Shown: positions 37,803 through 51,630 of the stretch, in pieces
Position numbering within the stretch: position 1 is the stretch's first letter
Layout of the letters: the number at the start of each line of letters is the position of its first letter
Assembly: GCA_965112155.1 (NCBI GenBank)
Contig: OZ218104.1
Length of the DNA stretch: 64,000 nucleotides
Source of the DNA: Podarcis liolepis
Taxonomy: Eukaryota
Strand: one strand, 5' to 3'
Position numbers and translations under genes: made by a program
The notes under the pieces: generated by a model
The model's database searches: none
Told to the model about the DNA's origin: nothing
What the model saw: the letters and a program-made list of their open reading frames with translations, nothing else

Positions 37803-39406
37803 CTATAGTGCAGATACAGAACGGTTAGCTTACTCTCAAATAGAAAATAAAACAGGACACTTGAATCAAATTCTTATGTGAAAAGAAACCAAGATCACAA
37901 AGAAAACGGCAACAAATGAGTGGACAGAAAACCTCTCAGAATTTGCTCTAGTAGCAAAACTGATATATTTAAGAATAAAAGGGGAAAGGTAACAGCAAGA
38001 CTTTATGGCACACTGCAAGCCTTTTACTGAACATTCTAGAAAAAACTCATTGCTTCACTGATCTTAATGTTTTGAGGTATAAAGGTATGGATATTATACT
38101 AATTTATGTTATTTTAAGTTAAAAATATGAAATTAGAAATTTATTTCTTGAAACATTAGTAGTCAATGGGTACACTTCAAATTCCTGATCCTTGTTTATT
38201 TGTTGTATTGGTGTATGCTGCTAGTATTCTCCCCCCCCCCGCCCCCGAGTCTTCATGATAAATTAACAATTTTAAAAAATACACACACTACTTAATTCTA
38301 TTGCAGAGACACACACATACATTTGAAGTGTGTCTAACTTTTAAGTCTACTAAAATGTAGAAGACACTATAGTATTTGCTGGTTTAGAACCTCCAAGGTC
38401 TATGTATAGCAGAACTGCAAAACAGACAATATAGATTTATACAGATTTGGGCTGGACTTGCAGTTCAGTCTGGAAGCTAGCATCCTGGTGCAGTTATTAG
38501 AACAAGTGTGTTTAAACAATCAGTATCAAGTCCCACCCATGCGACAGGTCATGTATTTGATATGGTGCTTTGTGCTGGGTAGAAGGAGGGCGATCTCATT
38601 GTGGGGAACTTAATGTAGTTCCATTGTTGTGGATGGATCACTACTTGGTCCTGACACATCAGGGACATAATAGAAACGTCCTGCTGCCAAGCTGACAGCT
38701 CCTCTGCTGGCATGGAGAATGAGGGTCTCGAGGAAGGAGAGCATCTTTCTGAGGAAGAGGAAAACATTCCTTTACAAAGGAAGTATTCCTTGGGTGACAA
38801 ATAAACATCTTCTTGAGCAGAGACTATGCCTCTAGGGCTCCTTGTAATGGTCAATTTGATAATTAGGCATATAGAGAGATGGGTTTTGGTGGGTGCATTT
38901 AATGCATATCAAAGGTTGCAGGCATCACATATTGGCTAGATAGGCTGGGTGGAATCAGTATTGTAGTGCATACTAGCAGCAATGACAATGGGAAATGCAG
39001 AAGTGAAATTTTGCAAGTAAGAATTCTCCCAATTGCTACCTATTTCATGTGCAAGACCACTGGGCATGGGGTGTTAAGGAGTCTCAATATATGAGTGGAA
39101 TGACGTCAAAAGGTGGGGTTTAGATTTGTTAGACACTGAGAAACATTTTGTGAAAAGCCAATTGGCAGGAGGGTCAGGCCAGACACAATCAAGTAATTCA
39201 CATGGTGCATAATTAATTTACTGCCATAAGAGGTGATGATGGCCAGAATCAAGAACAATTTTAAAATGGGATTAGATAGATTCACAGAGGACAGATCTAC
39301 TAATTTGTGCTAATGATAGTATATGCGACCTCCAGGTTACCCTTTGAACTCCAATTACTCAGAGGACTGTTGCCTTCAGGCTCTACTTGCAGGCTTCCCA
39401 GAGTAA

Positions 39407-39408
<2 letters not shown>

Positions 39409-39440
<32 letters not shown>
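39409..39440. repeat. (GT)n microsatellite
   Basis: Direct observation. Confidence 0.9.
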
Positions 39441-39442
<2 letters not shown>

Positions 39443-39674
39443 ACACAAGTCCTGGGCTGATCTTTGGAAAGAATAAATGGCCTGGTGACTAGCACGATTG
39501 CTTTTAATGCCCTCTTCCAGTTAGTGGACTCCAGCCATCTCCATGATTTCCCAAGGAGCTAAGGGCAATAAAGGGAGAAGGGAGATGGACCTGGAAGGGT
39601 CAGAAGACCTGTGACCAGTTCAACCAAACATGTTAGAACATATTATGGCTATTTAAAATATCTAAAGTGGAGTT

Positions 39675-40170
39675 TATTATTTATTAAGTTTATATACAGC
39701 CCTTCATGTAAGGATCAAAGGGCAGTTTACAGTATACAACACAAAAATATTTAACAAACAAAACACAATCCCCACCCCCTGGCAGTTTTAAAAGTAATAT
39801 ATTGTTTAATTAGCCAAAGGCCTGGGAGAAGAGGAGTGCTTTCATCTGGAGCCTAATGAAAGCTCCAGAAGAGCCTCCCTGGGGACGGCATTCCACAAAT
39901 GAGGAGCCCCTGGAGAAAAGGCCCATTCTTACATTGCCACCCTCCGGATTTCTTGTAGAGGAGGCAAAAAAGGTTCCTCAGAGGATGATTGCAGGGTTGG
40001 TTCATATGGGGAGAGGTAGTCTTTAAAAGGTAGAACCATTTAAGGCTTTATGGGTCAAAACCATCTCTTTTAATTGGGCCTGGATACTAAGTGGCAACCA
40101 GTGCAGTAGGGCAAGGATTGGTGTTATATTCTCAAACCATCATGCAACTTGGCCACTGAATTCTGTGGCG
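39675..40170 (-). mobile_element. Old L2-like LINE 3' fragment
   Basis: gcattccacaaatgaggagcccctggagaaaaggcc...aggctttatgggtcaaaaccatctcttttaattgggcc; similar to the 46.9-47.7 kb fragment. Confidence 0.55.
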
Positions 40171-40730
40171 GACTAGGACCTGACTGAAGGGTCCGGTTCT
40201 GAACTGCCCACCTTTCTAAGTATTCCCACTTTGACAGGAGCACCCACCTCTCAAGAACCTTAGGTGACCATCAGGTGACCCATTTTTCCTTTGAATTCAA
40301 GCTGTGCTGCCAAGGAAAATCCCAGGGAATCAAAGCAGAGTTTGACATCAACTCTTGGACTGGCTACACTTGAAAGTTTCCGATACTCTGAAGTGTAGCT
40401 GATCACAGTGAAACTTGAAGCCACTGTGATCAAGCTGACTAGCGCTGTGTTCAAGCTCTGCTTCTGAAAGGGATCAGCTACACTCCAAGCCTTGCATTTG
40501 TTGCCAAATTAAAATGCCAAGGAACTATCAGGAACACATTTAAAGGTTCCCAGTTGCTTCTTTGCAGTCATGTTGTCCCTTCCACACACATGACATCACA
40601 TGTTACATCAGGTGTCACTTGAGGGAAATGGACTTGCGGGTCAAATTATGGTCCTTGTAAAAATAGTTTTATAAGCGCCGTAATCTGCTCTGAGGGCCCT
40701 TTTATGGTAAAAGTTGTGGGACATAAACAC

Positions 40731-40925
40731 CTGTCGAAACTGCCCTTCTGACACTCCATCACGGTAGAAGATTATTCGTGTGGGCTTGAAGCGTGTTGAC
40801 TTGTAGAACTGGATGAGAAGTTCTCGAACCATGGAGGCCAAGTCTTGGATGATCTCCTGGCGGGGTTTTTGAACTCTCACTGTGGCACAGTACCTGCTAG
40901 GATGGGCATCCATACTACCTACAAC
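40731..40925 (-). CDS. AGO3: Argonaute-3 exon 15 (195 nt)
   Basis: [65 protein letters not shown]; catalytic Glu (RQE) and Asp (YRDG). Confidence 0.97.
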
Positions 40926-41367
40926 CTAAAACAAGAGAGGCACATGAAGAAATATGATCGTTCCAGACAGACAACACTTTCTCTAATCTGCGTAAATAGT
41001 TTTTCCCAACAGGAAGCACAAGCCTTCAGAGAGTGACAGTTGCGAAAAGCTGTGAAAACCGCTTATCACTAAATTTTGCTGTATAAAAGCTTGGAAAGTC
41101 ATCCACATTTAAGAATGCAGTAAGTTTTATCCACTGAGGTCTAAACAACTGTGCTTCATTCGCCATGTGAATAATGCATGTCTAATTTGTCATAGACATC
41201 TAGTGGAGCTCTCATGACATACACACAGCAAACACACCCACTTGGACAAAACTGAATCTGATAGCACTGGTGATCCTAATGCATGGGTTAAGAGATCTTG
41301 TGGAATCTGCTTGTTTTTACTATAACCTCAAGATCCACCAACTAGAATTTGGTGTAAAAGACATGTT

Positions 41368-41458
41368 CTTGTTGTTGTTGTCTAGTCATTTAGCCGTGTC
41401 TGGCTCTTCGTGACCCCATGGACCAGAGCACGCCAGGCACTCCTGTCTTCCACTGCCT
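41368..41458 (-). mobile_element. BovB/RTE LINE extreme 3' end
   Basis: (TTG)n then ...ctcttcgtgaccccatggaccagagcacgccaggc, i.e. a BovB-type 3' terminus with (CAA)n tail on the minus strand. Confidence 0.75.
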
Positions 41459-42145
41459 AATTCTGAGTCTAGCAACAGTTTTGAGTATCAGCGCCAAACC
41501 AAGCCTCCCAGATCTTTCACACGCAAAATCTATTTCTGGTTACCCCAAGCTTTCTTCATTTCAGCAGTAATATTTTGTTGGGTGGTGGGTTTCATTCTGT
41601 TGCTGCTGCTGGTTTTGTTAAAAAATGGGGAGTCAGAAATCCTTGCTGATCAACTGCAAATGAATCAGATATATACCAGTTGATCCAGATCTGCCTTCTT
41701 CTCACAGCTATCATGATGTTATTATCTATACGCTGGCTTCATTCACTGAAAATACTAAATGATGATTTAGTGCAGTGGTTTTCAAGCAGTGTGCCATAAA
41801 GGAAGGTGGTCCTTTTCCTCATTGTGCAAGAGGAGAGGGTAGTGTGAAAGCCCTAGGATTTGCTTTGGTTTCTTCCTGTTTGTGCAAAGAGCACTAAAAC
41901 ATGGTGCAGCATTACATATGTGCAAACTGAACCTTGCCTGATTCATAATAATGCTCCATCTGGCGCATGGTTAGCCCTGGAACCCCAAGCAACTGTCATT
42001 TTGTATTAGGGAATGCTTTGATTACATCAGAAAACTAAGCACAAAAGGAGGCAGGGAGAACTAATGAGACAGAGACAAGGGGCCTATTTAAGGCAGTCAA
42101 TCCTTGTGAACATTCTCTCTCATAACTAAGGTATTCAATGATTCA

Positions 42146-42322
<177 letters not shown>

Positions 42323-43145
42323 TCATCTACCGCCTTCCTCAGAAGGGTCCTAGACTATGCACCTCACATTCTAGAAGGTAAGCAACTATTCCTGAAATGC
42401 ATCCACGGAGTCTAGAACTCTTCATACAGAAAATTAAAATGCCAGGGTTTAGTTTTTTAGAACACATAGCAGATTTTGGATGTACCAGACTTCCTCTACT
42501 TAAAATAAATAAAAACAAACACTCCACATTGCTGTAGGAGGCAGAGAAGCTCTGAATACATGGGCTTACTAAAGATGTGCAAGTGAGAGGGCATCTTACA
42601 GTCAGTCTCACATTCCTGTGACTGGAGCTGATGACTCAAATCGTGTGGCCAGAGCGAGGTGGACAATATTGCTCACTGGGAATTATACTGCTCGCTGCAT
42701 AATTCCTCAGGGATAGGTTTTTGAAACTGATTCATGGTACAGTTTATTCTTTGAATAGTGGGGACAAAAACTGTTATTTACTGGATGATAGGAATAATTA
42801 TATTATATATAAGGGATATGGTTGCTATAGTAATCCGGACGGATCAGACAAAAATTATCCTGCGAAATGGGGTCCAATCTCCTAAAATGTACCTTTCAAA
42901 TTGATTGCATGTATTTATTTATTTTTGCAATCTAATCAGTCAGATTTTTATTGATTACAGCCAATTGCCATTACAATATGATTAACACAAAACCATCAAG
43001 AACATCTAAGGTTATCAAATTATCAAAATTTTAAATTATAAAGTTCCCCAAATCACTTAGATTTAGCTGTGTCAAACCCTGTTTCTTATTAAAGTTTTCA
43101 ATAAGATAACAGCTACAAAAAATACAATTATTAATTATGTCTGTA

Positions 43146-43496
43146 CAGTCATACCTTGGATCCCAAACGCCCTGGAACTCAGACGTTTTGGCTCCCGAAC
43201 ACTGCAAACCCAGAAGTGATTGTTCCAGTTTGCAAACATTATTTTGGAATCCAAATGTCCGACGGGGCTTCCGATTGGCTGCAGGAGCTTACTGTAGCCA
43301 ATCAGAAGCTGTGATTTGGTTTTCGAACATTTTGGAAGTCAAACTGACTTCCAGAATGGATTGTGTATCTGAAGAAGTGTGCATGCACACAAAAGCTCAT
43401 ACCAAGAACTAACTTAGTTGGTCTTTAAGGTGCTACTACTAGAAGGATTTTTTTTATTTTGAGAATGGATTCTGTTCGACTTCCAAGGTACGACTG
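43146..43496. mobile_element. Tc1/mariner-pogo-type MITE with a nested insertion
   Basis: TIRs CAGTCATACCTTGGA / TCCAAGGTACGACTG; TA TSDs on both sides. Confidence 0.8.
43363..43461 (+). mobile_element. Short Penelope-type element with a mutated hammerhead motif
   Basis: GTAT-CTGAAGA-A-GTGTGC-AT-GCACAC-AAAA-GCTC-ATAC; 10-bp TSD AGAATGGATT (43353-43362 and 43462-43471). Confidence 0.7.
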
Positions 43497-44109
43497 TACT
43501 TTTGTGATGACCAATGTTGCTTTAGCAAATTAATTTGGCTATCAAATCAAGCACGTAACATTAGTACGGCTATAACTTGGTTAAAAATCACATTCTTAAG
43601 ATTCTTTAAATCAATAAATTAAATCTGAATATGGAAGAATAGCTCTGCAGGAAAAATGTAATTTGCCTTTAGCTGAGGATTGTTGGAACCTGTGGTCCTC
43701 TGGATACGATCAACCCCTGCCAGCATGGCCAGTTGTCAGGGATAATTAGAAGTTCAACAACACCTGGAGGGCCATAGTTCTCCACTATCCCTGTTTTAGA
43801 TTATGCATGTACATGCTGCAGTAGGTGTTTAAGAAGAGGCATTCCCCAAGTATGAAAATTGAGAAACACATTTTCTCAGATGGCACTTGTTATCTGAAGT
43901 TATGACTATATATACTTAACAATTGCAATTAAAAACCATTTTGATTGTCTTAAAGTGCTCTCTGTTACACTTTATGCCAATCAGTGTGGTTTTTAATTGC
44001 TCAATCCAACTGATCATTTCATGCCACATCTGGGGGGAAAAGCAATTCCCTTAAGTTCTACAGAGTACACAATTCTGACAATTGCCTTAACATTAAGGTA
44101 GGATTCTTA

Positions 44110-44352
<243 letters not shown>

Positions 44353-44872
44353 TCACTAAGTCATGCCCAATGCACAGGATGTCAAGAGAAAGGTACAATA
44401 TTAAAAAAGCAGCACAACTCTATATCTTCAGTACAGAATGAGGTCCCCTCCTGATAGGCAAAGAAAACTGGAGAGAATTGAACTCATGCTGACAAGAGGA
44501 GCTGATCTGCTTTTCTTCATATGGAGCTAATCTTCCCTAGCAGCTAATAGGGAGGAAAGCAATGAAGCTTAGCTGGAATGAGAGAGATCAACAGGAGAAA
44601 GAAAACCCAAGACAAAAGTTTCTCCTTCCTTGCAAATATGAATGCAAAGCTCTCTTTCCAGGCAAGAGATTTATTTTATCCTGAACAACATTTCCCCCTC
44701 TTCCAGCTTGTCTATTTCTCAGCCTCACAAAATAGCAAGACACATACAACAAGTCTGACCTATGTTGCATGTCCAACTGGCCATTTCTATGCTAAGATTG
44801 CCATTTGAAAGTTTGAAAACAGAAGCGATCAAACACAAGCTGAACCAAAATACAACTTTAATATTTATTTAC

Positions 44873-45057
44873 CATACACTGGTGTTTTCCCTGGTAGGAT
44901 AACTATGATGAGCTGGAGCCCAGAATATGTGTTTTTAAGGTGTCGGAACATAGGCTCCACACTGTCGGCACCTTGTGCATATTTACAGAAGCATGGTTGA
45001 CCTTGGATTGGCATTCCTGCATCCTTGGAAATTTTGCGCAGCTGGTCTGTAAAACCC
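44873..45057 (-). CDS. AGO3: Argonaute-3 exon 12 (185 nt)
   Basis: [61 protein letters not shown]. Confidence 0.97.
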
Positions 45058-45935
45058 CTGGCAAAAAATGGAAAGCTTTCTGAAGGAGGAATAATGAACA
45101 TCCACCGATAGAAACTAAGAATACCCCACCCCCCAAAAACCCTGAATACCTTTTTCTTCCAATCCCTAAAGTTCTGGGTGCACAGATCACATACTTTCTC
45201 CCTCCAGCTACTTCTTTCTGTAGTGAGAGCCTTCAACAAGATTTATGATTATGATGGTACCACTCTCAAGCCCATTTAAAATGATGTTTCAAGTTCCTGT
45301 TGATCACTGGTTTGCATTACACATGATTAAAAGCGTTGCCAGCACAGCTTTTAACCACACATAAGGCTGTCAGGGGCTGCTAAAGGAGAAACTACACACA
45401 AAGGAGAGGCTTTGTGGCCAATGTTTATGGCCAATGGTTACTGTTTTACTATATAATAAAATCTTAAAATATACTGTCATGCTGCAGTTAAGTTGGCATG
45501 GCCTCCAAGACACTGCAACTGCAGCATAGCGGAACAGCAGGTGGAACAGTTCGAGAAAGCTGAAGAAAAACAAATGAGAACAGCTCCCCAGAAACTGTCC
45601 TGCTCAGGTGCTACTGCCCATCTCACGTCTTTAACCCTTCACTCAGTCCCTCCTTGCCACAATGTCAAAACAACCCCTTGAATTTCAATCATAAACCAAA
45701 AAGTAAAGATGTGAAAAACAGGTTGTCAGCAACAAGGCAGCTTTTGGGTAAATAAATCCCATTTGTGAACAATGTCAGCAGCAAAGGTTGGACAGCTTCA
45801 CACGTTTTAAGGCAGAAGCACAAAACCCATACCCTCTTCTAATCGGTGACCTACCATGCAAAAAAAACCTGTGTAACATGAGGGCAGGGGAAGGAAGGGA
45901 GAAACAGCTCACTGCCTCATTAACAGGTGGCTTAC

Positions 45936-46069
45936 TTCAGTATTTCTTCACGACATTGTCTCTGTGTTGCAAAGCAAGCAATTGCCCACATCTTGATTTC
46001 CACACCAGTATGAAACTGTTTTCCCCGCATATCCCACACACCATGACTTGGTGTTGCAACTGTTCGATT
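45936..46069 (-). CDS. AGO3: Argonaute-3 exon 11 (134 nt)
   Basis: [44 protein letters not shown](K). Confidence 0.97.
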
Positions 46070-46252
46070 CTATGGAAATAAACGGGAAGAAAAAAATTAA
46101 ATTAATGTACTGGTAATTTACAATATGTGCATCAATAAATAATTCCACAGATGTTTAAACTCAGACGGTTCTACGAAGGGAAGAGCTACTAATCAAAGTT
46201 AGAATCCCATCTGAATATTACACCAGGAGGCAAACAAACAAGGGTTTCTTAC

Positions 46253-46375
46253 CCGCCCTCCGTACTGCAACATGGGAGCTGGAAGCACACGCCCTGTCAC
46301 ATGAGCCATCTCATCACGGACTTTAAACTGAAATTCTTGAACAAATGGGTCGGCATCATAATTAGCACTTCTCAC
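46253..46375 (-). CDS. AGO3: Argonaute-3 exon 10 (123 nt)
   Basis: [41 protein letters not shown]. Confidence 0.97.
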
Positions 46376-46859
46376 CTGGCATAAAAGTGGAACCAAAAAA
46401 AGCCATATTGAATACATTTGTTATTGCAGAAGTGCTAATTTAAGGGTTCAATTCCTTTCTCCTCTAAGTCAAAAGTAAACAACGTATTCCAAATGTAGAA
46501 CAAGGTCCTTCTGTGATTCTTCAACACAGACTTGGCTGCCTTAAATTACAAGCCATTTGCAAAAATTTCCACTATTATTTACTATTCATACCTCATTTGA
46601 AGATGCTTAAAAACTTACTAAAGATGGCTGCTCACCAAAAACTATGCCATGCCCTTAAGGCTGAAGCTCAAAGGTTGGCAAAATTAAGGCATGCAAATTT
46701 CCTAGACCAGTGGCACGCAAGGAGAGCACATACCTTTTATCATGCTCCATTTGAGGGGAAGCTGCCCTTTCTTAAGAGAAATCTAAAGCACCTACAACTA
46801 AATATAAGCAGAGTTTCTTCCAAAAGTTCAATCTAAGCCTCAATAGACAATGACATACT

Positions 46860-47790
46860 ATTATTGTTATTTATTGCATTTGTTAGGCTCTTTAGAAAAA
46901 ACAAATCTCAAAGCAACTTAACAGCAAGATGAAATACAAACAAGTAAAATAAACTAAAAGCCAAATTAAAAATTTACATACAATGCAACATTCCTAAAAT
47001 GTTCATCGAACAATAGAATAAGACATCCTACCCATACCTACCGAAGGATGAGCTAATTACTGGCTAATTAATCATCAGAATTAAATACAAACATCTTAGC
47101 CTAGGACCTAAAAAGTGACCATGAAGGTGCCAGGTGTGTTTCCTTGTGGAGAGCATTCCACAAACAGGGAACCACTAGTGAGAAACCCCATTCTCATCTA
47201 GTCACCCTCCACACCTTCCTCAGATGAGGTACACAGAGAAGGATCTTTGAGGGCCACAGGGTCTCAGCTGGTTCAAGTAGGAAGAGGTGGACTTTGGGGT
47301 CCTGAGGATGGTGGCTTTATAGGTCCAAACCAGCACTTTGAATTGAACCCAGAAACTAATCAGTAACCACTGCAGTTGGGCCAGAATTGATTTAATAAAC
47401 TCAGACCTGCTGGTCCCTTTTGGGAATATGGTCACTGAATTCTACAGTTTCCTAACAGTATTCAATGGCAGTCCCATGTTTAATGCATTGCACTAATATA
47501 AATTAGTTTGACCAAACTGCGGGAGGCAGTGCAAGACAGGAGTGCCTGGCGTGCTCTGGTCCATGGGGTCACGAAGAGTCGGATATGACTAAACGACTAA
47601 ACAACAACAACAACAACAAATATAAATTAGAGATTATTAGAGTATAGACAACTGAATTTAAGTTACCCCTGTGCAGACAATGTTGCAACTGGATCACCAG
47701 CCAAACCTCCTAGAAGATGCTGTGCACCACTGAGCACAGCAGCTGAGCCAGAAGTACCCCTAACCTTCAGGGTGAGTACAGCTCCTTCCA
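46860..47790 (-). mobile_element. Old L2-like LINE fragment interrupted by BovB
   Basis: gagagcattccacaaacaggga...ggctttataggtccaaaccagcactttgaattgaacccagaaac; LHWLP-like remnant in ORF 47220-47435. Boundaries approximate. Confidence 0.55.
47507..47618 (+). mobile_element. BovB/RTE 3' end with TSD
   Basis: ctggtccatggggtcacgaagagtcgga...(CAA)n; 12-bp TSD AATATAAATTAG (47495-47506 and 47619-47630). Confidence 0.85.
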
Positions 47791-47845
47791 GAGCAGGTCC
47801 CTTTTGCACAAGGGCATATAACATTTATAGCCTGGCTTGCATAGT

Positions 47846-47992
47846 CAGTGGCGTAGCGTGGGTTGTCAGCACCCGGGGCAAGGCAAGTAATTTGCGCCCC
47901 CTAACCCCTGGATTTGTGCCCCCTAACCCTAACCCCCAGATGTTGCGCCCGGTGCGGCCGGCCCCCCCTGCACCCCCCACGCTACGCCACTG
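47846..47992. mobile_element. Young hAT MITE
   Basis: Perfect 17-bp TIR CAGTGGCGTAGCGTGGG; perfect 8-bp TSD TGCATAGT; CpG-rich. Confidence 0.92.
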
Positions 47993-48377
47993 TGCATAGT
48001 CCCAGGTTTGTACTCACTCCCTACAGACCATAGGCCTAATTAGGCCTGTTAGGCCTCTAAGGTTGGCCCACCAGACAGTTTTGGGCAAATCACACCCAAC
48101 TTTCTCATGCAAATGAAAGAACATACAAAGCATCTTACTGAAGGTTAGAAGAAACAAATTAGCCATAGGTCTTGGTATTTAAAGGTCTTGAAGATGCAGA
48201 GATAATGAGATAAATGTTGCACTAACTTTCATGTTCAAAGCAGATTAACCCAAGTTTTGTCCTCACTAATTGATTTCAAAGGTGGGGATAACTGTTATGA
48301 AGTCAGCAGCAACACACTCTACAACACTAAGCAGAGAAAATGGCAAAAAGGAGGCTGTGGGATTTAAGAATAAACTA

Positions 48378-48590
<213 letters not shown>

Positions 48591-48802
48591 TCAGTCTAAT
48601 GATGTACATTAAACAAATTTGTTGGAATCATTTATGAAGCTAGCATATTGCCTGCCAAAGCAATTTTAGAACTGTCTTCTAGTAATGTGAGTGTTCCTAT
48701 GTGGTAAGAACCTCAGTGCAGTACACGTTTCTACAAAAGTTAGCTTTTCTAAAGCTTTCCTAAAGTTATCAATCTTCCTAAGATTCAGCATAGGAGAAAC
48801 TG

Positions 48803-49058
48803 AATGGCTTTAAAAGAGGATTAGACAAATTCATGTTGAATAAGTTTATCAATGGTTATGTTCTACCTTCACTGAAAGTTGAGGTATGCCTCTGAACATC
48901 AACAGCGGAGAATCCTAAGTGGGAAGAGTGCTATTGGGCCCAGATCCTGCCATCAGGCCTACCTTAGGCTTCTCTACCTTCTCTACCTTAGTGAGAAAAG
49001 GATGTTGAACTAAATGGGCTGCTGTCCTGATTCAGCAGGCTCTTCTTATGTTCTTATG
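48803..49058 (+). mobile_element. CR1-like LINE 3' end
   Basis: ggctttaaaagaggattagacaaattcatg...gcaggctcttcttatgttcttatg tail. Confidence 0.65.
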
Positions 49059-49741
49059 ACAAGTTGATGGAGCCCATACCTTCCATACAGAAGGTTCCAG
49101 ATTCATTCCCTAGCATTGCCAGCTGAAAGATTAACAAGAAGCAAGGCTGGGAAAGAGCCTCTTGCTTGCAATTCTGAAGAGGAGCCACCAGTCAAAGTAG
49201 ACGATACTGGGCAAGATGAACCAACAACCTGACTGAATAAGGTAGCTTCATATGTTCATTGTAATCCACCAGTCAGAGCCAGTTCTTGAAGTGAATAGAG
49301 CTTGCAATCCTTCCACACAAAAACCTACTTACCCCAAACTTTCCTCATTTCAGCAATATTATTTAATGCAGTGTGCAGGGGGGCATTTTATTGCACCAAA
49401 TCCTACCGAGCATCAACCTGGGTGGTGACCTGAAAACAGGTGCATTCCATAACTGTCACCTCCCTTTAGAATGCCTTCTCTCCCAGATGTCTTGTAAACA
49501 ACATATCCTTTTGCCAAGACATTCCTTGATCCATAAAATTAGATCTTGATGTTACTGGATTTGCTTTTTCCATTTTTACACTTGCATATCAGTTTTTATA
49601 TTGCTTTATCTGTTTTTATATTGCTTTTATGCTGTATTTTTATAAACCACTTAAATATTTTTAAATGCAAAGCTTTTAAATAAATAAATATTTGAAAGCT
49701 AGTTTTGTAACATACACACATACACATGCCCTGAACACAAT

Positions 49742-49825
49742 AAAGAGTCCTGTGGGCACCTTAAAAACTAGCTTGTTTATTATGGCATAAGCTTTCATGT
49801 ACTAAAGCTCATTTCATCAGATAAA
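49742..49825 (-). mobile_element. Older Penelope-type fragment with a degenerate hammerhead core
   Basis: Minus strand reads atCTGATGAaatgagctttagtacatGAAAgcttatgcc...taaggtgccc. Confidence 0.6.
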
Positions 49826-50033
49826 TGGAGTTATTCTTAGATGGCAGACATGGCTGTAGAGAATGGGTGTATTTCTTAAAATGTATACATGAAGCTTTAA
49901 CTTTTTTAAAAAATAAGCTAGAAAATCTTTCCTTTATATAAAAAGTTTGGCAAACTGCTTGTACTGCACACAATTAAAACATCTGGTAAATCCTTTTTGG
50001 CTATGCAAAGTAACAGTGTTCTGAATAAATTAC

Positions 50034-50181
50034 TTCAAGAGGCAGATAGGTGTGTTTCTGCTCCTGTCCCACTTGTAGACAAGGAAGATGAGGATATTTC
50101 AGCTGCAGGTTGTATTTTTCTCTGAAGTACTGTGCTACTGTTCTCTCCACAGTCTGACCATTTTCTAACTGCAATGGGAAA
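50034..50181 (-). CDS. AGO3: Argonaute-3 exon 8 (148 nt)
   Basis: [49 protein letters not shown]; PAZ domain. Confidence 0.97.
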
Positions 50182-50570
50182 CTGAAAAGAGAAATTGAGT
50201 TTTAATCAGAGGAGAACTGAGGGAGTTAACTGCCTTCTGGGGAAAAATTAAGTGATTTTTCTGGAAGTTACACAACATTATTTTATGTCAGTCTTATAAT
50301 AATAAATAACTTTTTAAAATTTATATCCCGCCCATCTGGCTGGGTTTCCCCAGCCACTCTGGGTGGCTTACAATATATATAAAAACATCAAACATTAAAA
50401 AACAACAAAATATCCTATATGAGCAACAAAGAAACCAATAAATCAATAGAAACCAATAATAATAATAATGAACAGATTACACTTATACCCAAATTAAAAT
50501 AACCACCAGCCCCAACTAGACATTTTAATAATAGTAATAATAGTAATAGTAGTAGTAGTAATAATAATAA

Positions 50571-50963
50571 TTTATTTATTTATACCCCGCCCATCTGGCT
50601 GAGTTTCCCCAGCCACTCTGGGTGGCTCCCAATCAAGTATTAAAAACAATACAGCATTAAACATTAAAAACTTCCCTAAACAGGGCTGCCTTCAGATGTC
50701 TTTTAAAGATAGGATAGCTACTTATTTCCCTCATATCTGAAGGGACGGTGTTCCACAGGGTGGGCGCCACTACCGAGAAGGCCCTCTGTCTGGTTCCCTG
50801 TAACCTCACTTCTCACAATGAGGGAACCGCCAGAAGGCCCTCGGCGCTGGATCTCAGTGTCCGGGCTGAACGATGGGGGTGAAGACGCTCCTTCAGGTAT
50901 ACAGGACCGAGGTTGTTTAGGGCTTTAAAGGTCAGCACCAACACTTTGAATTGTGCTCAGAAA
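50571..50963 (-). mobile_element. Young L2-like LINE 3' end
   Basis: tttataccccgcccatctggctgagtttccccagccactctggg...aggtcagcaccaacactttgaattg; a shorter copy of the same end lies at ~50320-50400. Confidence 0.75.
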
Positions 50964-51229
50964 TGGAACCAACATCAACCCAACAAAAACAAAACAGAGG
51001 AACCAAAATGAGAACCATTTAAATCATTTTAGCCAATTGCCCCAACCCAAGAGTTGTTCCGGTAATGTCCTCCGGCCTCTAAGGAGCATCTCTTAGGAAG
51101 GACACAAAGTGGCTTCAAATCAGTGTGTGCATCCATGAATACAAGGGAATAATACAAAAATGAAAACAACAGCAACAATGTTTTTTTAAGAATTACTGTG
51201 CAATTTGGGTCTATGGACCACAATAAAGT

Positions 51230-51232
<3 letters not shown>

Positions 51233-51264
<32 letters not shown>
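51233..51264. repeat. (GT)n microsatellite
   Basis: Direct observation. Confidence 0.9.
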
Positions 51265-51268
<4 letters not shown>

Positions 51269-51378
51269 AAAAAACCAATACAGTGTCATGCATTCCAAAT
51301 TCTAGAAAAATTGGATGGTGGATTTTTACTGTGGCCATGTATGCAACATTCCAGTCAATTGTTTAAAACATTTGCTTA

Positions 51379-51630
<252 letters not shown>

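Noticed and set aside
47895-47937. Interstitial telomeric repeat
   Set aside because: Only 2-3 CCCTAA units, and they are internal to a MITE.
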